Positions 60,392 to 64,000 of a stretch of DNA of 64,000 bases are shown here, in pieces (position 1 is the stretch's first letter; each line of letters begins with the position of its first letter). Position numbers and translations under genes: made by a program. The stretch comes from Azolla caroliniana (Eukaryota; Plantae; Polypodiophyta), in contig JBHGNT010000018.1 of NCBI GenBank assembly GCA_043228905.1, forward strand, positions 16,306,001 to 16,370,000, written 5' to 3'. The notes under the pieces are model-generated. The model was not told where the DNA came from, ran no database searches, and worked only from the letters and a program-made list of their open reading frames with translations.

Positions 60392-63300
60392 AGTAGAGGG
60401 AAAAGGGTAGGAGGATGAGGGAGAACGACAAGTAGGCTGGAGGAAAGAAAAAATTGGTTCAAACTGTCAAGAATAGTACTAAAGCAGAGATGGAATTAGT
60501 ACTAAGAAGAGCAGTACTATTAGTACTAAGAGGACGGGACTGCGTAAGATTCCCGAGAGAGAGGAAGTGAGAAGAGGAGAGAGAGAGATAGCGAAGATGA
60601 GAGAGAGAGAAAGATGATGACAACAACTAATATATTATGTGAAAAAGATAAGTACAAGCGGCTAAGAGGCTTAAGACTGGTGTTCAACCAATTTGGTTCA
60701 ACATAATGCCTAGTGCCTTCTTTTATAGTGTTGTCAGGAGTAATCCTGAAACTTCTAGAATGTTCCAGAGAAATCTGGAATATACATTACTTTCTTATAA
60801 TAAAACATAAATGAAAATAATATCTTATAAGTTACAATAGATGATGTGATGGTTAAGAGCTTGACCCATATATCATAAGGTCATGGGTTCGAGTCTTGCC
60901 ATATCATGACACCGCTCCGGCTCAACCAATCCGGATTCGGTCCATTGACCCGGAGTAAAGTCAGACTATTCGGGAGTTCAAATTATGATGTGTTTCCCTC
61001 TGTTCCGGAATCCGTTTCCTCGCTTGCAGCAATCGGTTCGGGGTCAGGTGATGAGAAATACCAAGATTCTGATTCGTCAAAGAAGACATCACGGCTAACT
61101 CGGACTTGCTTCGATCGGGGGTTGTAGCATTTGTACCCCTTTTGCGCGTCGGGGTAGCCAACCAAGATGCACTTCTCAGCTTTGGCATCCGACTTCTTCC
61201 GCTTCTCATCTGGCACATGCATATATGCAATGTTGCCGAACACCCGTAGGTGCGCCAGATTCGGCTTCCGCTCAAAGTATAATTCGTGCGGCGACACCTT
61301 TGTCCCTAAGGTAGATATTAGATTTTGAATGTAGACGGTTGTTCGAATTGCTTCGGCCCAATAAATCTGAGGCATGCACTTCTCTTCTAGCATTGCCCTT
61401 TCCGCTTCTACCAATGTCTATGTTCGGCCACGTCCTTCTACTCCGGTGTGTATCTACAAGAGAACTCACGTCGGATTCCCTTAGTCTATAGATAACTTGT
61501 GAACTAGCCGGAAAAGTAATCTTTTCCGCCATCTGATCTCAAACACTTAATCTTCCTTCAGGTTTCTCGTTCTACATGATTCTTCAAGTCTCAGAAGCAC
61601 GAGAAGAGTTTTCTCTTCTTCTCATTGACAATCAAATAGATCCAAGTGTGAGAGTTGAAATTGTCGATGAAGGAGACGAAATATCAACTCCCCTCGATGT
61701 TCACATTTTGTGTGGGTCCCCACACATCCGAATGGATGAGATCGAGCCGATTCCGGCTCTAATTCTTCTCATTGGGAAATGGAAGGCTATGATGCTGCCC
61801 AAGTTGGCAAGCTTCACATATTTGGCCTTTCTGGCCACTGAACTTTGGGAGTCCGAAAACCACATGTTTCAACTACATCTCATGAAGTTTCCGGAAGTTG
61901 ATGTGGTCGATCCGCTTATGCCACAGGTCGATGTCTTATTCGCATTCCTTGATCCACAATCTGACCGACTAACACCAAGTTCTTGGTTATCGTCGGTACA
62001 TGCAAGACGTTCCTCATGATTCCCTTCTGGCTGACATGGCTCAGAGGAACATCCCCGATATGCTCGATGGGATGGGATGTGGGGTGTCGTCTTCGGTTTC
62101 CACCAACCCCGGCTTCTCCAGCTTCTCGAGAAAGGAGAACCATTCTTTGTGGTTCGTCATATGGTTTGAAGCTCCAGACTCCACATACCAAACTCATGCT
62201 TCATTATGCTTCATTATGGGATGTAGGGATTTTGTTGGCCTTATGCTTCATTACGAGGGCCGGTTCCGACCTGGCTCTCTCTGAGCTTCCAGCGAAGTGC
62301 GATCGATGACACCTATCTATGTCCCTCCAGCTAGATCTGGCTTTGTCCGAATCGACTCTGTTCTTCCAACACTCGCTTTCTTGGTGGCCTTTTCGACCAC
62401 AATGCTAGCAATCTGTTGCAGTCTTTCCTTGCCAGCTCCCAGCTCTGCCTTGCCTCCCCCTGCTTCCAGAGGGTCCGGTACTACTGTCGGCACCATCTTT
62501 GTGCCTCCAATTCTGCTCTTGTTGGCCACCTACATTGCACGCCGATCCGCCTCAACCTCCACATCCACGGGGCCTATTTGCCTCCATGTTCAACATCTTG
62601 TTGTCAGTGTGCGTACTCATCGATGCACCCACGTGGTTCTCCTCTACAAGGAGCATCGACTATAAGTTGAAAAAACGAATGCGTATTCTCCCTTGTACAT
62701 ACCGTTGTCCGGAATGCTCCGAACTTTGACGTCAGGCCCCCGAGACAGACCTACACCATCTCATCCTCCTCGACGGTCACGTTGACGGAGACAAGGGAAT
62801 CGCAGATCTCCTTAATCCAGGCCGTGTAGTCGACCACCAACATGTCCTTCTACCGGACATTGCTCAACTCTCTTGTCGGCAGTAGAGGTTCTCAACCCTC
62901 ACGCTCTGATACCATGTGACAACTATAGCGTGCAGAAGCTAAGACAACCGGCTCGTCTGGATAGAAATAGAAAGTAGAGATGAAGGTTTAATGGAAACCT
63001 TAAACACACATACGCGGGAGACAGGGAGAGCAGAACAAAACTCAATTTCAAAATAATACTCTATAATTGTATACAATGTCCTAGACAACACTTTTTATAC
63101 AAGTCCTTAAAGGACTGACAGAAGTACTGACATGTACTTCAATGCTCGTACAAGCAACTAACACTAACTCCAAGGAATATGCCTACGTACTAGGCCCGAA
63201 CCGTATGCCTCCAATGGCCTATCGGTTCACACTATTCCAGAGTACGATCCAGTTATCCGATTCGGCTCTAGATTCCGGATACCTATCCGGTTCTCCTTTC

Positions 63301-63667
63301 CGGATATCAATCCTACTCTAGCTTATTCAGCCGATCTGGATCTGGTTGAGCTTGTCCGCCCAATACTTTCTTTTTTTCATTCATCATTTGGGCCGATGTC
63401 ATTTCCTCTCTTCTTCTTACCGCTTCTCTCGTATCACTTTTCTTTGAAGGGCCCACTTGTTAATCCAGTCATTTCCATTTCTCTTCGACAAGAACTTCAT
63501 AATTTTGGTGTATGACCTCAAAAAGGCATGTCTTTTCATCCACCAAGTCGTTCCACTCTGGCATTGCTTGAACTCTTTGTTTAGCTTCATTAGCCCCCTC
63601 TGCTCGGAGCTTTCCCTTCCCAACATGGTCTAAAATTATCAACCAAAATTCTCCTTCTTGCAAGCCT

Positions 63668-63754
63668 TTGAGTGAGTGAGTGAGTGAGTGAGTGAGTGAG
63701 TGAGTGAGTGAGTGAGTGAGTGAGTGAGTGAGTGTGTGTGTGTGTGTGTGTGTG
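63668..63754. repeat. (TGAG)n followed by (TG)n microsatellite
   Basis: Directly visible. Confidence 0.95.
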
Positions 63755-64000
63755 TGGGTGTGTATTTTGGTTACAAAACTAATCGTATTAAGCAACAATT
63801 TATGAAATTTATTGCAATGGGGTTCTAGTCCTAGAAGGATTCATCAGAGAGAGCATTGTCCTAGACTTAGACATAGAGATAACACCATATAGAAAGAACT
63901 TTCCATTATTCAACCAAACCATCTTTAATTATCCTTCACTAACAATTTGATGTCAGAAAAGGATCCTAGTGGTGTACAAAAATGATCTAGGAGGTTGATT

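Larger units (their letters stand above)
55209..60911 (-). mobile_element. Full-length Tcn1/sushi-like chromovirus (Ty3/gypsy), apparently the youngest element in the window
   Basis: LTRs 55209-55654 and 60465-60911 (about 10 substitutions and 1 indel by eye); PPT 55655-55670; gag, PR (LLDSGAN), RT (YLDD), RH, IN, chromodomain EYEVAAILD...YLVNWLGY...TWEP. Confidence 0.96.
53178..63365 (-). mobile_element. Ty1/copia element D (family of C), interrupted by a chromovirus
   Basis: LTRs 62915-63365 and 53178 to about 53646; TSD CTTTC; PBS TGGTATCAGAGC 62903-62914; gag/PR/IN 60912-62880, RT/RH 53650-55200. Confidence 0.92.
48849..63660 (-). mobile_element. Old gypsy element of the same family as 1-3244, split into 63366-63660, 52565-53177 and 48849-49534
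   Basis: WNDLVDEKTCLFEVIHQNYEVLVEEK, KIEQTIDLKRV, VALIDHGSKINL, QFLTV...EDF* and TKYKIVDKKVKHV are colinear with the element at 1-3244. Confidence 0.8.

Noticed and set aside
63469-63798. ORF with HT/HSLT repeats
   Set aside because: Translation of (TG)n/(TGAG)n microsatellites fused to a gypsy gag remnant

Overview
Eukaryotic, repeat-rich land-plant DNA, most likely from a fern or other non-seed plant. This is inferred from the style of the PLS-class PPR protein, a Tcn1-like chromovirus and abundant RTE LINEs. A gene island (about 27.7-40.3 kb) holds two + strand genes: a very long PLS-E class PPR gene (about 35 motifs, 2 predicted exons) and a 5-exon filamin-RRM-RS-rich splicing-factor-like gene (892 aa predicted). 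Both flanks are deeply nested, mostly decayed retrotransposons: several Ty1/copia elements, four members of a Ty3/gypsy family (three retain a tRNA-Trp PBS), two chromodomain gypsy elements, RTE and L1 LINE remnants and DNA-transposase fragments. LTRs, PBS, PPT and TSDs could be resolved by eye for many of them. The most notable signals are: (i) two -1 ribosomal frameshift cassettes (slippery heptamer, 6-nt spacer, stem/pseudoknot), one placed unusually after the protease; (ii) a self-priming chromovirus whose LTRs carry an antisense tRNA-like Pol III A/B-box cassette; (iii) CG-centred 4-bp target sites in the Trp-primed family; (iv) a LINE 3' tail that supplies the PPR gene's last codons and stop; (v) a multi-kb inverted repeat made by a copia inserted antisense into its own family. 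All calls come from manual reading; no database searches were run.
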